Assembly: GCA_039630575.1 (NCBI GenBank)
Contig: JBCNUW010000011.1
Span: 1-60,363 of the forward strand
Reading direction: 5' to 3'
Source: Candidatus Hydrothermales bacterium
GTDB lineage: Bacteria; Hydrothermota; Hydrothermia; Hydrothermales; JAJRUZ01
DNA: 60,363 nucleotides
Positions 49,304 to 60,328 of this stretch are shown here, piece after piece (within the stretch, counting starts at the first letter, position 1; each line of letters opens with the position of its first letter). Below the pieces are notes generated by a model. It was not told where the DNA came from. It saw only the letters and a program-made list of their open reading frames with translations, and did not search any database. The translations under genes and the position numbers were made by a program.

Positions 49304-52300
49304 TTAAATTTTTTCTTTCTCAATTTCAACATCCAAACAGAGCCCTCTTAGTTCATTTAATAAAACATCAAAAGATACAGGTAAAGAGGGCTCAGGTGCT
49401 TCTTCACCTCTTATAACTGCTTGATACAACCTATTTCTACCTTTCACATCGTCAGATTTCACTGTAAGAATTTCTTGGAGGGTATAAGAGGCTCCATAGG
49501 CTTCTAAAGCCCACACCTCCATCTCTCCAAACCTCTGACCACCAAACCTTGCTTTACCTCCTAAAGGTTGCTGTGTAATCATAGAATAAGGACCAACTGC
49601 CCGTGCATGAATCTTATCCTCAACCATATGAACAAGTTTCATCATGTAAATATAACCCACTGTTACTTCATTCCTTAATTCCTCTCCAGTTCTTCCATCC
49701 CTTACTTTAACTCTACCGTTTAGTGGTAATCCAGCATCCTTTAATTCCTTTTCAATCTGTTCAAGTGTCATTCCTTCAAAAACAGGACAGGAATAATAAA
49801 CATTCTTTTTCTTTGAAGCCCAACCAAGAATAGTTTCTAAAACCTGTCCCACATTCATTCTGGAGGGAACACCAAGCGGATTTAACACGATATCAACTGG
49901 TGTCCCATCTTCCAGAAAGGGCATATCTTCAACAGGAGCAATTTTTGCAATAACACCCTTGTTTCCATGTCTTCCTGCTAACTTGTCTCCAACTTTAAGC
50001 TCTCTCTTTTGGGCAACATAAACTTTAATTAGCATATTCACTCCATGAGGTAGTTCATCCCCTATTTCAACTAGCTGTTTTCTTGCTTGGTATTCTTTTT
50101 GTATCTCGTCAATTTTTTCATTTAACTTGTTAGATAGGTCTATAATTTCCTTTTCTAGCTTTTTTTGACCTAGAAAGCCTTCCTCAAATACAACATCTAA
50201 ATACCTTGTACCTCTAAAGAATTCTTCATTAAAGGTACTTCCTTTTCTCAAAAGTATTTTTCCCCTTTTGTTTCTCAGAGAAATTTCTGTCTTTTTACCC
50301 ATCAACAGTTTCATTAGTTTATCTCTGTAAGAATATATAATTTTTTCTCGCTTTTTCATGAACTCCTCTTCAAGAACCATTCTTCTTTCTCTAATTATTT
50401 TCTTAGCAAGTGGATGATCAAAATTTCTTGTTAAAATAACAACATCTACTACAACTCCTTGAACACCTGGTGGAACTCTTAAAGAGGAATCTTTTACTTC
50501 TCTTGCTTTATGTTCAAAAATAGCTTGAATCAACTTATCTTCTGGTGAATACTCTTTTTCTCCCTTTGGTGAGACTTTTCCAATAACGATATCATCAGGA
50601 GATACTTCTGCTCCAATTCTTACTACACCATACTCATCAAGATTTTTCAAAGCTTCTTCACTTATATTAGGTATATCCCTTGTAACTTCTTCAGGACCAA
50701 GTTTAGTTTCCCTAACTGTTAATTCAAGTTCTTTTATATGTATTGAAGTAAAAACATCATCTTTTAAAAGTCTCTCAGAAACAACTATAGCATCCTCAAA
50801 GTTATATCCATACCAGGGTATAAATGCTACAAGAAGGTTTTTACCAAGAGAAAGTTCACCCATATCTGTAGCAGCGTTGTCAGCCAGCAAATCACCTGCT
50901 TTAACCTTATCACCTGGTTTGACTCTGACTCTGTGGTGTAGAATTGTTTCTTGATTTGTCTTTTTAAAGTTGGTTAGATAATAAATATCAAGAGCTTCTC
51001 CCCAAAAAGAATCGGTATCTTCTGATTTATCGGGCTTTATCACTATTTTTCTTGCATCTGCTTCTAAGACAGTACCGTCTCTTTTTGCAAGAATAACCAT
51101 TCCAGTGTCGTAAGCTATTTTTCTTTCCATTCCTGTTCCAACCAAAGGTGCTTCTGGCTCAATCAAAGGAACTGCTTGCCTTTGCATGTTTGAACCCATG
51201 AGAGCCCTATTCGCATCGTCATGCTCTAAAAAGGGTATAAGAGATGCTGATGGAGAAACAAGTTGTCTTGGGGAAACATCAATGAAATCCACTTCTTCTT
51301 TTTTTACTGTTGGATAACCACCTCCAAATCTAACAGGAACAAGATCAGGGACTATTTCTCCTTTCTCATTAATTTCCACATCTGCTGGGGCGATCTTATA
51401 ATTTTTTTCCTCAACCGGAGTCATATATACTATCTTATCAGTAATTTTACCTTTTATAACCTTTCTTAATGGTGTTTTTATAAACCCGTAATCATCTACC
51501 TCAGCATAGGTTGTAAGGGATGCAATAAGACCTATGTTTTGACCTTCTGGAGTCTCGATTGGACACAACCTTCCATAGTGACTGGGATGAACATCTCTTA
51601 CTTCAAAACCGGCTGTTTCCCTTGTTAATCCACCAGGACCAAGAGCAGATAGTCTTCTTTTGTGGGTCAATTCAGCTAACGGATTAGTCTGATCAAGAAA
51701 CTGTGATAATCTGTTTACCGTAAAGAATGATTTTAAAAGATTTGCTATAATTTTTGGATTTATGAGTTGTCTGGGCGTTAAAATTTGATCTCTTTCTGCA
51801 AGGAATTTTTCTTTAATGTTTCTGTTAAGCTTCATAAAAGCCATTCTTAAGTGATTTGTTAGTAGCTCTCCTACTCTTCTTACTCTTCTGTTTTCCAGGT
51901 GATCTATATCATCAGGTTTTTCATTACCGTTGTAAAGATCTAAAAGTTTTTTAAATATCTTAGTTAGGTCATCCTTTGTAAGTTCATGAATGTTTTCGTC
52001 AATGTTTAACCCGAGTCTTGTGTTTAGTTTATACCTTCCAACGGCTCCAAGCTCCATTCTTACTCTTGAAAAGAAAGTTTCGTTGAAAAATTCTTCAGCT
52101 TCGTCCAAACTTGGAGGGGGTATATACTTTAAGAGCCTATAAATTGCACTAAGAGCATCAGGTCTTGTTTTAGCCCTATCATGTCTTATTGTTGTAATTA
52201 TTACGTCAAGTCCAGGGATAGCGAGATTATACACTTTTACATCTTTATACCCAGCAGCTTGAAGACCAGCAATTACTCTTTCTGTGACTAGATCCAATGT

Positions 52301-53041
52301 GTCGTATAAAAGTTCACCTTGAGGACCTGTTATTTCCTCAGCAAGGATAAATATTTCAGGTTCAATTGATTTTAAAGGTTTAACTTCAGGTTCACCAAAG
52401 AAAAGTCTTAAGATATCAGAATTTGTTTCATATCCCATAGCTCTTAAAATTCTTGTTACAGGGAATCTTCTTCTTTTAAGGATAGTGACTCCAAAGACTT
52501 TCTGAGAATCAATTGAGAATTCAATCCATGGGCCCCTGTATGGCACAAATAGGGCTATATATTTATATTTTCCCTCTTCTTGATCTATATTGAAATAAAC
52601 TCCTGGTGATCTGTGAAGCTGGTTAACGATTACTCTTTCTATACCGTTGACAATAAAGGTTCCTTTATCTGTCATAAGTGGTAAGTCAAGAAAAAAGACT
52701 TCCTCTTCTTTTATTTTTTTTGGTTTTTCGGAATCAGAGTCAATTTCTTTTAGTCTGAACTTAACATAAACTGGAGCGCTATAAGTTAAATTTTTTTGAA
52801 TACATTCTTCAGGTTTAAATCTTGGGTTCTCAACTCTATAACTTACATATTCTAACAAAAATTTTTTTCCTGGATCTTCGACAGGGAAAAATTCTCTAAA
52901 AAGACTTTCTAAACCTATATTCTTTCTTTTATCCGGTTCAACATCTTCTTGCAAAAATTCTTTATAAGAGCTTATCTGAATTTTTAAAAGATCAGGTATA
53001 GGTAAAATCTCTTTTTTAGAGCCAATTCTTTCTCTAATCAT
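49304..53041 (-). CDS. rpoB: RNA polymerase beta subunit
   Basis: CPIETPEG, HDDANRALMGSNMQRQ, GDKLAGRHGNKG, GGQRFGEME. Confidence 0.99.
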   Translation of the reverse strand: MIRERIGSKKEILPIPDLLKIQISSYKEFLQEDVEPDKRKNIGLESLFREFFPVEDPGKKFLLEYVSYRVENPRFKPEECIQKNLTYSAPVYVKFRLKEIDSDSEKPKKIKEEEVFFLDLPLMTDKGTFIVNGIERVIVNQLHRSPGVYFNIDQEEGKYKYIALFVPYRGPWIEFSIDSQKVFGVTILKRRRFPVTRILRAMGYETNSDILRLFFGEPEVKPLKSIEPEIFILAEEITGPQGELLYDTLDLVTERVIAGLQAAGYKDVKVYNLAIPGLDVIITTIRHDRAKTRPDALSAIYRLLKYIPPPSLDEAEEFFNETFFSRVRMELGAVGRYKLNTRLGLNIDENIHELTKDDLTKIFKKLLDLYNGNEKPDDIDHLENRRVRRVGELLTNHLRMAFMKLNRNIKEKFLAERDQILTPRQLINPKIIANLLKSFFTVNRLSQFLDQTNPLAELTHKRRLSALGPGGLTRETAGFEVRDVHPSHYGRLCPIETPEGQNIGLIASLTTYAEVDDYGFIKTPLRKVIKGKITDKIVYMTPVEEKNYKIAPADVEINEKGEIVPDLVPVRFGGGYPTVKKEEVDFIDVSPRQLVSPSASLIPFLEHDDANRALMGSNMQRQAVPLIEPEAPLVGTGMERKIAYDTGMVILAKRDGTVLEADARKIVIKPDKSEDTDSFWGEALDIYYLTNFKKTNQETILHHRVRVKPGDKVKAGDLLADNAATDMGELSLGKNLLVAFIPWYGYNFEDAIVVSERLLKDDVFTSIHIKELELTVRETKLGPEEVTRDIPNISEEALKNLDEYGVVRIGAEVSPDDIVIGKVSPKGEKEYSPEDKLIQAIFEHKAREVKDSSLRVPPGVQGVVVDVVILTRNFDHPLAKKIIRERRMVLEEEFMKKREKIIYSYRDKLMKLLMGKKTEISLRNKRGKILLRKGSTFNEEFFRGTRYLDVVFEEGFLGQKKLEKEIIDLSNKLNEKIDEIQKEYQARKQLVEIGDELPHGVNMLIKVYVAQKRELKVGDKLAGRHGNKGVIAKIAPVEDMPFLEDGTPVDIVLNPLGVPSRMNVGQVLETILGWASKKKNVYYSCPVFEGMTLEQIEKELKDAGLPLNGRVKVRDGRTGEELRNEVTVGYIYMMKLVHMVEDKIHARAVGPYSMITQQPLGGKARFGGQRFGEMEVWALEAYGASYTLQEILTVKSDDVKGRNRLYQAVIRGEEAPEPSLPVSFDVLLNELRGLCLDVEIEKEKI

Positions 53042-53087
53042 CTTTTTTTGTTGTTTTGATTTTTATAACTTGTAATTTTTTTTAAAT

Positions 53088-53480
53088 TTATTTAAGCTCT
53101 ACTTTTGCACCAAGAGCTTCTAGTTTTTTCTTTATATCTTCTGCTTCATTTTTTGAAACACCCTCTTTAATTGGTTTTGGAACTGAATCAATAAGTTCCT
53201 TTGCTTCTTTTAAACCTAAACCAGTTATAGCTCTAACTTCTCTTAAAACTTTTATTTTTTCAGATCCAGCATCAGCAAGAATAACAGTAAATTCTGTTTT
53301 TTCTTCCTTTTCTTCAGCTACCTGTACTCCTGGGGCTACCCCGGCAGCAGTTGCAAATACTGGTGCCTGGGCTGAGACCCCAAATTTTTCCTCTAATTTT
53401 TTAATAAGCTCAGCTAGCTCTAAAACTGTAAGTTGTTCTATTCCCTCTATTATCTGATCAAGAGTTAATTTTTGTGCCAT
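53088..53480 (-). CDS. rplL: 50S ribosomal protein L7/L12
   Basis: [23 protein letters not shown]. Confidence 0.98.
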   Translation of the reverse strand: MAQKLTLDQIIEGIEQLTVLELAELIKKLEEKFGVSAQAPVFATAAGVAPGVQVAEEKEEKTEFTVILADAGSEKIKVLREVRAITGLGLKEAKELIDSVPKPIKEGVSKNEAEDIKKKLEALGAKVELK

Positions 53481-53500
53481 TTTAAATTTAAACGATTTAA

Positions 53501-54028
53501 TTAAGGATTAGAACCTTCTTTTTTATTCTTTATTTCATTTAAAGCATACAAAAGATTTCTTATTAAACCATTTAAAACAAAAACAAATCCATAAAGGGGA
53601 CCCTGTACTTTTGACATTAAATTCTGTATAAGAACATTTTTAGGTGGTAATTTTGCTATAATCTCAACTTCATTCCTTCCTACTTTTTTTCCTTCAATAT
53701 AACCTCCTTTTATTTCCCCTTTTCCCTTTTCCTTTATGAATTCATAAAAAACTTTCATAGGGGTAATCGGATCATTATAGGCTATCAGAAGAGCACTAAC
53801 ATTTTTCAAAAATTCATCTATACCAGTTATTTGAGATCTTGAAAGTGCAATTTTAAAAAGTCGATTTTTTCCAACTTTAATTTGACCATTTTCTTTTTTT
53901 ACTTTTATTCTCAATTCATTCATTTCTGAAACATTCAAGCCTTTAAAATCGACCACATATATTGCCTTTGCGTTGCACAATATTTTTTGGTAATTTTCAA
54001 CCACATTAACTTTCTGTTTGGATGGCAT
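53501..54028 (-). CDS. rplJ: 50S ribosomal protein L10
   Basis: DFKGLNV..M.ELR, KNRL..IA, KGG, AKLP; synteny. Confidence 0.95.
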   Translation of the reverse strand: MPSKQKVNVVENYQKILCNAKAIYVVDFKGLNVSEMNELRIKVKKENGQIKVGKNRLFKIALSRSQITGIDEFLKNVSALLIAYNDPITPMKVFYEFIKEKGKGEIKGGYIEGKKVGRNEVEIIAKLPPKNVLIQNLMSKVQGPLYGFVFVLNGLIRNLLYALNEIKNKKEGSNP

Positions 54029-54744
54029 TATGTTTTCCTCCTTTTTGCCTCTTCAATAGCATAATTTATATCAATTTTTACTCCAGGGCTCATTGTAGTT
54101 GAAAGAGAAATTTTAGAAATATAGTTCCCCTTTAATCCTGGAGGTCTTGCGTTTAAAACCTCATTTAAAAAAGTATAGAAATTATCTAATAGTTCATTTT
54201 CAGAAAAATTTACTTTTCCAACAGGTGCATGTAAATTACCTGTTTTATCAACCTTAAATTCAATTCTTCCCCTTTTTAGTTCTTTTACAACCCTACCTAA
54301 ATCTTTAGTTACTGTTCCAGTTTTAGGGGAGGGCATGAGACCTCTTGGACCTAAAATTTTACCAAGCTTTGAAACTTCTTTCATTGCTTCAGGAGTTGTG
54401 ACTATAACATCAAAATCAAGCCAGCCCTGATTAATTTTATCAATATATTCTTTGAAACCCACATAATCAGCACCTGCTTCCAATGCCTCTTTTTCTCCCT
54501 CACCTGGTGTCAAAACAAGAACCTTTACTTTTTTTCCAGTACCATGGGGTAAAAGACAAGTTCCCCTTACCATTTGATCTTGTTTCCTTGGATCTACATT
54601 TAACTTTATGGCACACTCAACGGTTTCTGTAAACTTTGTAGTAGATATGCTCTTAAGAAGAGGTATTGCCTCTTCAGGTTTATAATACCTTGTTTTATCT
54701 ATTTTTTCTAATAATTTTAAATATCTTTTACTGTGTTTAGCCAT
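54028..54744 (-). CDS. rplA: 50S ribosomal protein L1
   Basis: KF.ETVE, VRGT..LPHGTGK, LGPRGLMPSPK.GTVT, STTMSPG. Confidence 0.98.
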   Translation of the reverse strand: MAKHSKRYLKLLEKIDKTRYYKPEEAIPLLKSISTTKFTETVECAIKLNVDPRKQDQMVRGTCLLPHGTGKKVKVLVLTPGEGEKEALEAGADYVGFKEYIDKINQGWLDFDVIVTTPEAMKEVSKLGKILGPRGLMPSPKTGTVTKDLGRVVKELKRGRIEFKVDKTGNLHAPVGKVNFSENELLDNFYTFLNEVLNARPPGLKGNYISKISLSTTMSPGVKIDINYAIEEAKRRKT

Positions 54745-54757
54745 GTTTGCCCTTTAA

Positions 54758-55192
54758 TTAATCAACAACTTCAAGTCCCATACTTCTTGCGGTTCCCTCA
54801 ATAATTTTCATCGCAGCTTCAAGGGAAGATGTATTCAAATCATTCATTTTCATTTTAGCTATCTCTTCAATATCCTTTTTAGTAACTCTACCCACTTTAA
54901 CTTTGTTAGGTTCTCCTGATCCTTTTGCAATTTGGGCTTTTTTCTTTAAAAGAACAGAGGCAGGTGGAGTTTTCAAAATGTAGGAAAAGGATCTATCCTT
55001 ATACACTGTTATAACCACAGGAATTATAAGTCCAGGTTCCATTTTTTTTGTATCTTCATTAAATCTTTTACAGAATTCCATGATGTTCACTCCATGCTGC
55101 CCGAGGGCAGGGCCAATTGGTGGAGCTGGATTGGCCTGCCCTGCAGGTACTTGTAACTTAATTTCTGCAATTACTTCCTTTTTTCCTTTCAT
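54758..55192 (-). CDS. rplK: 50S ribosomal protein L11
   Basis: [21 protein letters not shown]; true start at ATG 55192 (MKGKK). Confidence 0.97.
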   Translation of the reverse strand: MKGKKEVIAEIKLQVPAGQANPAPPIGPALGQHGVNIMEFCKRFNEDTKKMEPGLIIPVVITVYKDRSFSYILKTPPASVLLKKKAQIAKGSGEPNKVKVGRVTKKDIEEIAKMKMNDLNTSSLEAAMKIIEGTARSMGLEVVD

Positions 55193-55193
55193 T

Positions 55194-55763
55194 TTATCTA
55201 ACCCTCTCAACCATATCAAAATCAAGATCAGAAACCATAGTTGCTCTTCCAAAAATTGTAACAACAACATTTAGTTTACCCTTATCAGGGTAAACTTTAT
55301 CTACTACCCCTGTGAAGTTCTCAAAAGGTCCAACGAGAATTCTAACTTTATCACCTGGTAAAAACGGACTTTCAGCTTTTCTTCTTTCTTGCTCTTCTTT
55401 TATTGTTTCAAGAAGCCTATCAACTTCCTCTTTTTTTAATATGGGTATTTCCTTTGTGGGATCCCTTGCAAGTAAAGGTCTTAAACCTGCATACTCTTGA
55501 AGCATAGTAATCACCTCCATTGCGTCTTTCTTTATCTCCACAAGGACATAGCCGGCGAAAAGGGGTTTTTGGTGTGGAATTCTTTTACCATCTTTCATTA
55601 TTTTAATTTTAGTTTCAGTAGGAATAAGAATTTGTTTTATTTTATCCTTTAAATTCTTTTCTTCTATAAAGCTTTCTAATATCTTTTTAATCTTATTTTC
55701 TCTCCCTGAAAGTGTCCAGAAAACAATCCAGAGAGTTTCTTCCTTTTCTTTTGTCTCTTTCAT
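55194..55763 (-). CDS. nusG: Transcription termination/antitermination factor NusG
   Basis: SG.E, LF.GYVLV, KOW motif GDKV.I..GPF.NF.G, IFGR.T. Confidence 0.95.
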   Translation of the reverse strand: MKETKEKEETLWIVFWTLSGRENKIKKILESFIEEKNLKDKIKQILIPTETKIKIMKDGKRIPHQKPLFAGYVLVEIKKDAMEVITMLQEYAGLRPLLARDPTKEIPILKKEEVDRLLETIKEEQERRKAESPFLPGDKVRILVGPFENFTGVVDKVYPDKGKLNVVVTIFGRATMVSDLDFDMVERVR

Positions 55764-55951
55764 CTTAATACCAAACTTATAATTCTTGAGAAAATGAAAT
55801 CAAGTAGGAAAATAAAGACTGAGACTATTATTGAGAAAATTATTACACCAAAAGTTGCGCTCATAACAAGTTTTTTTTCAGGCCAAGCCATTCTTTCCAT
55901 TTCAATTTTTACTTCTTTTAAAAAATTTATAGTTTTAAAAATTAAATTCAT
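55760..55951 (-). CDS. secE: Preprotein translocase subunit SecE
   Basis: FL.EV..EM.R..WP, single TM, LD..F; synteny. Confidence 0.93.
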   Translation of the reverse strand: MNLIFKTINFLKEVKIEMERMAWPEKKLVMSATFGVIIFSIIVSVFIFLLDFIFSRIISLVLR

Positions 55952-55955
55952 ATTT

Positions 55956-56111
55956 CTATTTAATTTTTGTTTCCTTGTGTAAAGTATGCTTTCTGCACCA
56001 TTTACAATATTTTTTTAATTCAATCTTTAAGGTCTTTTTCTCTTTTGACTTAGTTATTCTATAGTTTCTTCTTTTACAAATAGAACACATTAAAAAAAAA
56101 GCATCCCTCAT
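55956..56111 (-). CDS. rpmG: 50S ribosomal protein L33, Zn-binding type (not in ORF track)
   Basis: Manual translation: MRDAFFLMCSICKRRNYRITKSKEKKTLKIELKKYCKWCRKHTLHKETKIK*. Confidence 0.95.
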   Translation of the reverse strand: MRDAFFLMCSICKRRNYRITKSKEKKTLKIELKKYCKWCRKHTLHKETKIK

Positions 56112-56138
56112 AAAGAGGTATTATCCCTTTTTTTATCA

Positions 56139-56212
56139 CAGGCCCGGAGGGATTTGAACCCCCAACCATCGGATTTGGAATCCGACGCTCTACCTAGTTA
56201 AGCTACGGGCCT
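56139..56212 (-). tRNA. tRNA-Trp (CCA); 3' CCA not encoded
   Basis: AGGCCCGTAGCTTAACTAGGTAGAGCGTCGGATTCCAAATCCGATGGTTGGGGGTTCAAATCCCTCCGGGCCTG folds as a cloverleaf with anticodon CCA. Confidence 0.96.
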
Positions 56213-56228
56213 TAATTTTTACCGCATA

Positions 56229-56257
56229 ATTATACATTACACTTTTTAAATTGTCAA
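56229..56257 (-). promoter_or_regulatory. Consensus sigma70 promoter of the tRNA-Trp/rpmG/secE operon
   Basis: TTGACA, 17-nt spacer, TATAAT on the minus strand. Confidence 0.88.
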
Positions 56258-56269
56258 GTGATAGTGCTT

Positions 56270-59200
56270 TTATTTTACTTTTATTAATTTTCTTAAAATT
56301 TCCTTTTCCCCAAAAATTACTTTTAAATAATATATACCCTTATGAAATTTAAAACTTTCTTCATCAAATTGAATTTTATAAACGCCTCCGTATTTAAAAG
56401 TATACCTTCTATTAAAAATTTTCCTCCCAGATGAATCAAAAATTTCAATCATAAGATCACCTTCATTTGGTATTTCAATGGGTAAATAAAAGTTATTTTC
56501 AAAAGGATTGGGAATAGGTTTTCCAACCCAGAGCTTTAAACCTTTCACATAAATTTTAAAAGGTCCAAGTATTTTTATTACCTTTTCGCCTTCCATTATA
56601 TCTATTTTGTATGAGTATTCACCCTCTGAAAGTGGACCATCTTTATAATTATTTATACCTTTGGGTAAGGATGCAATCTTTTTAAACTCTTCATTACCTC
56701 TTTTTCTAAATATTTCATAATTTTCTCCAGAACTTATCTTCCATTTTAGTATAACATAGTTTCTTTCGGTATGGAGAGTTAAATAAGACTCTTCTTCTCC
56801 TAGAGCTCTAACATCATATCTAACAGAACCGTAATACGTGGAAAAAATTACAGAATCTCCTGGGTTAACAAGAACAGGATAAAACCATAAAAGAACTGCA
56901 GAATCGTTACCTATATCTTTTGTGGGATCAACAGAATAAGAATACCCTGGATAGGCATTTGGATGAAACCAGTGTATTACTGCTAATGCATCAGGGTTTG
57001 TTGCTACACCCCATTCATTTATATATCCCATGGTTCTAGCTAATGGTGTTTCATGTCCAGGGAGTGAGTCTTGGCACAAAAAATTTTTGTTAAAATTGGG
57101 TGAATAAAATCTTTCTTTTGTGAGAAAACTGTTTTCAAGATTTGGTTTTATGATTGCCCCATCATAAACATCTATTTCTATATCCCATTCAATTCTTAAA
57201 CCAACCCATTTAGGTGAAAGTGATTTATTTTTGAAGGTATATCTTGTAAGAATCTGGTCATAATGTTGTTTGGAAACACCCCATGAAGGTCCATATGAAT
57301 AGGCTCCGTAAGCAAATATCAAATCTTGCCTTACAGAGACACCATTATACCACCATGTTTGGGTTAGTCCAACCGAATTATCGTTCATCACTGGATTATT
57401 TGGTTGAGTAGTTGGAATTCCTTGATTACCAATAAGTCTTCTCAAAGCTCTCTCTCTTATACCTTCACCTGGTTTTGCATATATAAAGTTTTGACCATCT
57501 ATCCTTATCACTGCATCTGAACTCCAAGGAATAAAACTTGGACCAAATAAGATGTTTATTTCATTGTCACTATTTATATTTGTATCACCTTTAATATTTG
57601 AAAAATGGGCAATTGATCCATCTGAAACGTTGTCTTGTGCTATAATCCTTACCCATTCATTATAAACTGTGTCAGTTCCACTTGGATTCTGCTGATTTGG
57701 AGGGGTAAGTGTCTGAACCCTTATTCTTGCACTATAATTACTTCTTGTAGATGTAAAAGGGTCAGTTATAATTGCATAAACATAATAATTTCCAGCAGAA
57801 ATCCCTCTTACATCCCATCTAAAGGAATCAGATGGCGAATCTTCTGAAATTCCAAGGGTAATTAGAATTCCATCATATCCAGCAGAATTATTATCATAAA
57901 AAAGAGAAATTGTTGCATTGTCATCAATATCGTTATCATCCCATTTTATCCAAACAAAGCCATCAGCATTTATATTTGAATTTGGAAAAGTAACAGTAAT
58001 TGAAGGTGAAGAATTTGTGCTTTTTACAACAATATCTTCTATGTTTGATTCTTTACTTTCTTTGTAAGGTGAATTTCTTATCGCTTTAACAACATAATAA
58101 TAAGTACCTACAGATTTACCAGTAATATTATAGAAAGTATCAACAACTGTATTTGAAATCAATGTTCTTTTATTAAAGGAAACTACTTTAAAATCATCAA
58201 AATAAAAACCTCTTGAATCAGTTGCATCACCAATAAATCTAAATCTAAATTTTAATAAATTCCCCATATAATCATTAAGAGAAACTCTGATCTTTCTCCA
58301 GGAAGAATTTCCCCCTGTTTGTTCCCACAAAGTTTTCCAGGAAACTCCGTTATCATTTGAAACTTCAAAAATTATTTTGTCATTAGGACTTAAGTTATAC
58401 ATAGCAAAAAATTCACAGAACCCGCCACCTATACCTATTTGATAATTGTTCTTTGTAGAAATATATGAAGAATAATTGTAAGTATGTTCTCCTGACCAAA
58501 AGGAAGAACCCTCTGAAAAAGCTGCCTCTTTTGTTACGATGAAAAAGTTTGTGTTCCAATTATTAAAATTATTTCCTTCATCAAAAAACAAAAGTGTCTC
58601 ATCTGAAATTTCCCAAAGGGCGTATCTATCTGCCCCCCTAACCTTTCTCCAATAAACAGTATAGTTTCCATCTTGATCATAAGAGAGCGGATAAATAAAT
58701 GGAGCTTTAAGGATGAAAAAAACTTCAAAATTATCTAAATGAAAACCAGCATAGGTTACACTCCCGTCAGCTCTTAAATTAAATCTTATTCTTATCGTAT
58801 CCCCGTAAAGTGTTTGAGGAATTAAAAACTTATCATTAATCCATGTAGTTGTATGCCCATTAAAGGCATACAAATTTGTCCAGTTAATACCATCTCTTGA
58901 TGCTTGAAGATATACATAATCATAATTTGTTTCAAGAGAATCGTAATGATAAAGTGAAACAAAAACAGAATCCTCTGGTCCAAAGGAAGTAAGGTTTATA
59001 TAGGGAGAAAAAAGATAATTATCTGAATTGTTTTCATAAGTATTATCAAGGTCGGTTGCCCAGCAATTTGGTGATGAATATGAGTTTTTAGGACCCCTTG
59101 TAGGTGTTCCTAATTCCCATTCATCAAAAGCTCCTGAATGGGTCCAACCTCCTGGATTACCAGGAGAATCAAAATTATCTGACCAATCAGGTACAACTAC

Positions 59201-60064
59201 AGGAATTGCTGCAAACTTTGCTGTTTTTTTATTGTTTGCCGGATATTCATCTCCGGAAAGTTCTGTTGTATCTATAACGCTATATTCTCCACCTGAAACT
59301 GGTGTATAAGTCCATACTTTTGTGCTCTCAGCTCCGGGAGGTAAGTTAAAAATATATACCACATTATTTAATACAATTGAACCATCTGTTTCCCTTTTAA
59401 TTTTACACCTAACAGGAACATTTACCTGTCCATTTGAACCATAGTTTTTCACAGTCACGCTAATTGTAATAGGACTCCCTATAATTACATTTGAAGGATT
59501 AATAGTAATACTTTTAATTCCCACATCATTATAATATTGAAGTTGCTTTGTAACTCTCACATTGTCAACATACCAGTACCAATCATCATTTCCTTTATAC
59601 CTAAAAGCAATCTTTACATTTGAATTTCCTATATAAGATGAAAGATCAAAAAAAGTATCCCTACCTAAGATATCACTTAAAAAAATCGCAATCTTATATG
59701 GCCATGAATTTCCCCCATTTGTGCTTAAAAGTACAAAACCTGTGTCAGTTAAATCTCCTCCATAATCGTCATAATAATGCCAGAAATAAAGGGAACAGGC
59801 TCTTGCATTGGAAAAATCAAGAGAAGGAGTTATTAACCAATCATTTTGATATTCAACCGGAGAATAATACACTCTTGCTACATTAGAATTCACCTCTGAA
59901 TAAAAAAACTTATGCCAATCATTATTATCAGGAGGAGAAGAGTATATTATTGTCCAACCAGGTGGGGGATTAATAGTCGACCAAGTTCCTTCAAAATTTT
60001 CATTTAAAATGGCTATTCCAAAAAGAAAAGAATTTAAGAAAGACAAAAAAAATAACTTTTTCAT
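56270..60064 (-). CDS. Large secreted multidomain protein with T9SS-type C-terminal sorting domain
   Basis: Signal peptide; jelly-roll adhesin-like domains (ENFE...PPGW...WLITP...W.VDNV, repeated); CARDB-like domain; C-terminal PNPF...IFD.SGR...GIYYL...KLIKVK. Confidence 0.82.
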   Translation of the reverse strand: MKKLFFLSFLNSFLFGIAILNENFEGTWSTINPPPGWTIIYSSPPDNNDWHKFFYSEVNSNVARVYYSPVEYQNDWLITPSLDFSNARACSLYFWHYYDDYGGDLTDTGFVLLSTNGGNSWPYKIAIFLSDILGRDTFFDLSSYIGNSNVKIAFRYKGNDDWYWYVDNVRVTKQLQYYNDVGIKSITINPSNVIIGSPITISVTVKNYGSNGQVNVPVRCKIKRETDGSIVLNNVVYIFNLPPGAESTKVWTYTPVSGGEYSVIDTTELSGDEYPANNKKTAKFAAIPVVVPDWSDNFDSPGNPGGWTHSGAFDEWELGTPTRGPKNSYSSPNCWATDLDNTYENNSDNYLFSPYINLTSFGPEDSVFVSLYHYDSLETNYDYVYLQASRDGINWTNLYAFNGHTTTWINDKFLIPQTLYGDTIRIRFNLRADGSVTYAGFHLDNFEVFFILKAPFIYPLSYDQDGNYTVYWRKVRGADRYALWEISDETLLFFDEGNNFNNWNTNFFIVTKEAAFSEGSSFWSGEHTYNYSSYISTKNNYQIGIGGGFCEFFAMYNLSPNDKIIFEVSNDNGVSWKTLWEQTGGNSSWRKIRVSLNDYMGNLLKFRFRFIGDATDSRGFYFDDFKVVSFNKRTLISNTVVDTFYNITGKSVGTYYYVVKAIRNSPYKESKESNIEDIVVKSTNSSPSITVTFPNSNINADGFVWIKWDDNDIDDNATISLFYDNNSAGYDGILITLGISEDSPSDSFRWDVRGISAGNYYVYAIITDPFTSTRSNYSARIRVQTLTPPNQQNPSGTDTVYNEWVRIIAQDNVSDGSIAHFSNIKGDTNINSDNEINILFGPSFIPWSSDAVIRIDGQNFIYAKPGEGIRERALRRLIGNQGIPTTQPNNPVMNDNSVGLTQTWWYNGVSVRQDLIFAYGAYSYGPSWGVSKQHYDQILTRYTFKNKSLSPKWVGLRIEWDIEIDVYDGAIIKPNLENSFLTKERFYSPNFNKNFLCQDSLPGHETPLARTMGYINEWGVATNPDALAVIHWFHPNAYPGYSYSVDPTKDIGNDSAVLLWFYPVLVNPGDSVIFSTYYGSVRYDVRALGEEESYLTLHTERNYVILKWKISSGENYEIFRKRGNEEFKKIASLPKGINNYKDGPLSEGEYSYKIDIMEGEKVIKILGPFKIYVKGLKLWVGKPIPNPFENNFYLPIEIPNEGDLMIEIFDSSGRKIFNRRYTFKYGGVYKIQFDEESFKFHKGIYYLKVIFGEKEILRKLIKVK

Positions 60065-60309
60065 TTCAAATTATCCTTTTTATATCTTTTTAAAAATTCT
60101 TCAACCTGATTTTTCTTTATTATTTCCAGGGCTCTTTTTATATCTTCATTGGGATGATTTTTAATTTCCTTTTCAAGGTCTTTAATGAACAATTCCTTAT
60201 TCTTACATTTTTGATATCTTTCTAAAATAACTATTATTTGGTTATAAGAGGAAAAAAGAAAATAAAATCCTATAATAGAAAAAGATAAAAGCTTAAAAAA
60301 TTTAAACAT
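60061..60309 (-). CDS. Hypothetical small protein with N-terminal hydrophobic segment
   Basis: GGAGG SD, upstream promoter, ATGA overlap with the downstream gene. Confidence 0.7.
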   Translation of the reverse strand: MFKFFKLLSFSIIGFYFLFSSYNQIIVILERYQKCKNKELFIKDLEKEIKNHPNEDIKRALEIIKKNQVEEFLKRYKKDNLK

Positions 60310-60328
60310 CTAAGACCTCCTTTTTAGA

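Noticed and set aside
54758..55270. N-terminal extension of L11 (and similar extensions at 31006, 25147, 1110)
   Set aside because: Artefacts of longest-ORF calling that overlap neighbouring genes; downstream starts fit the families.
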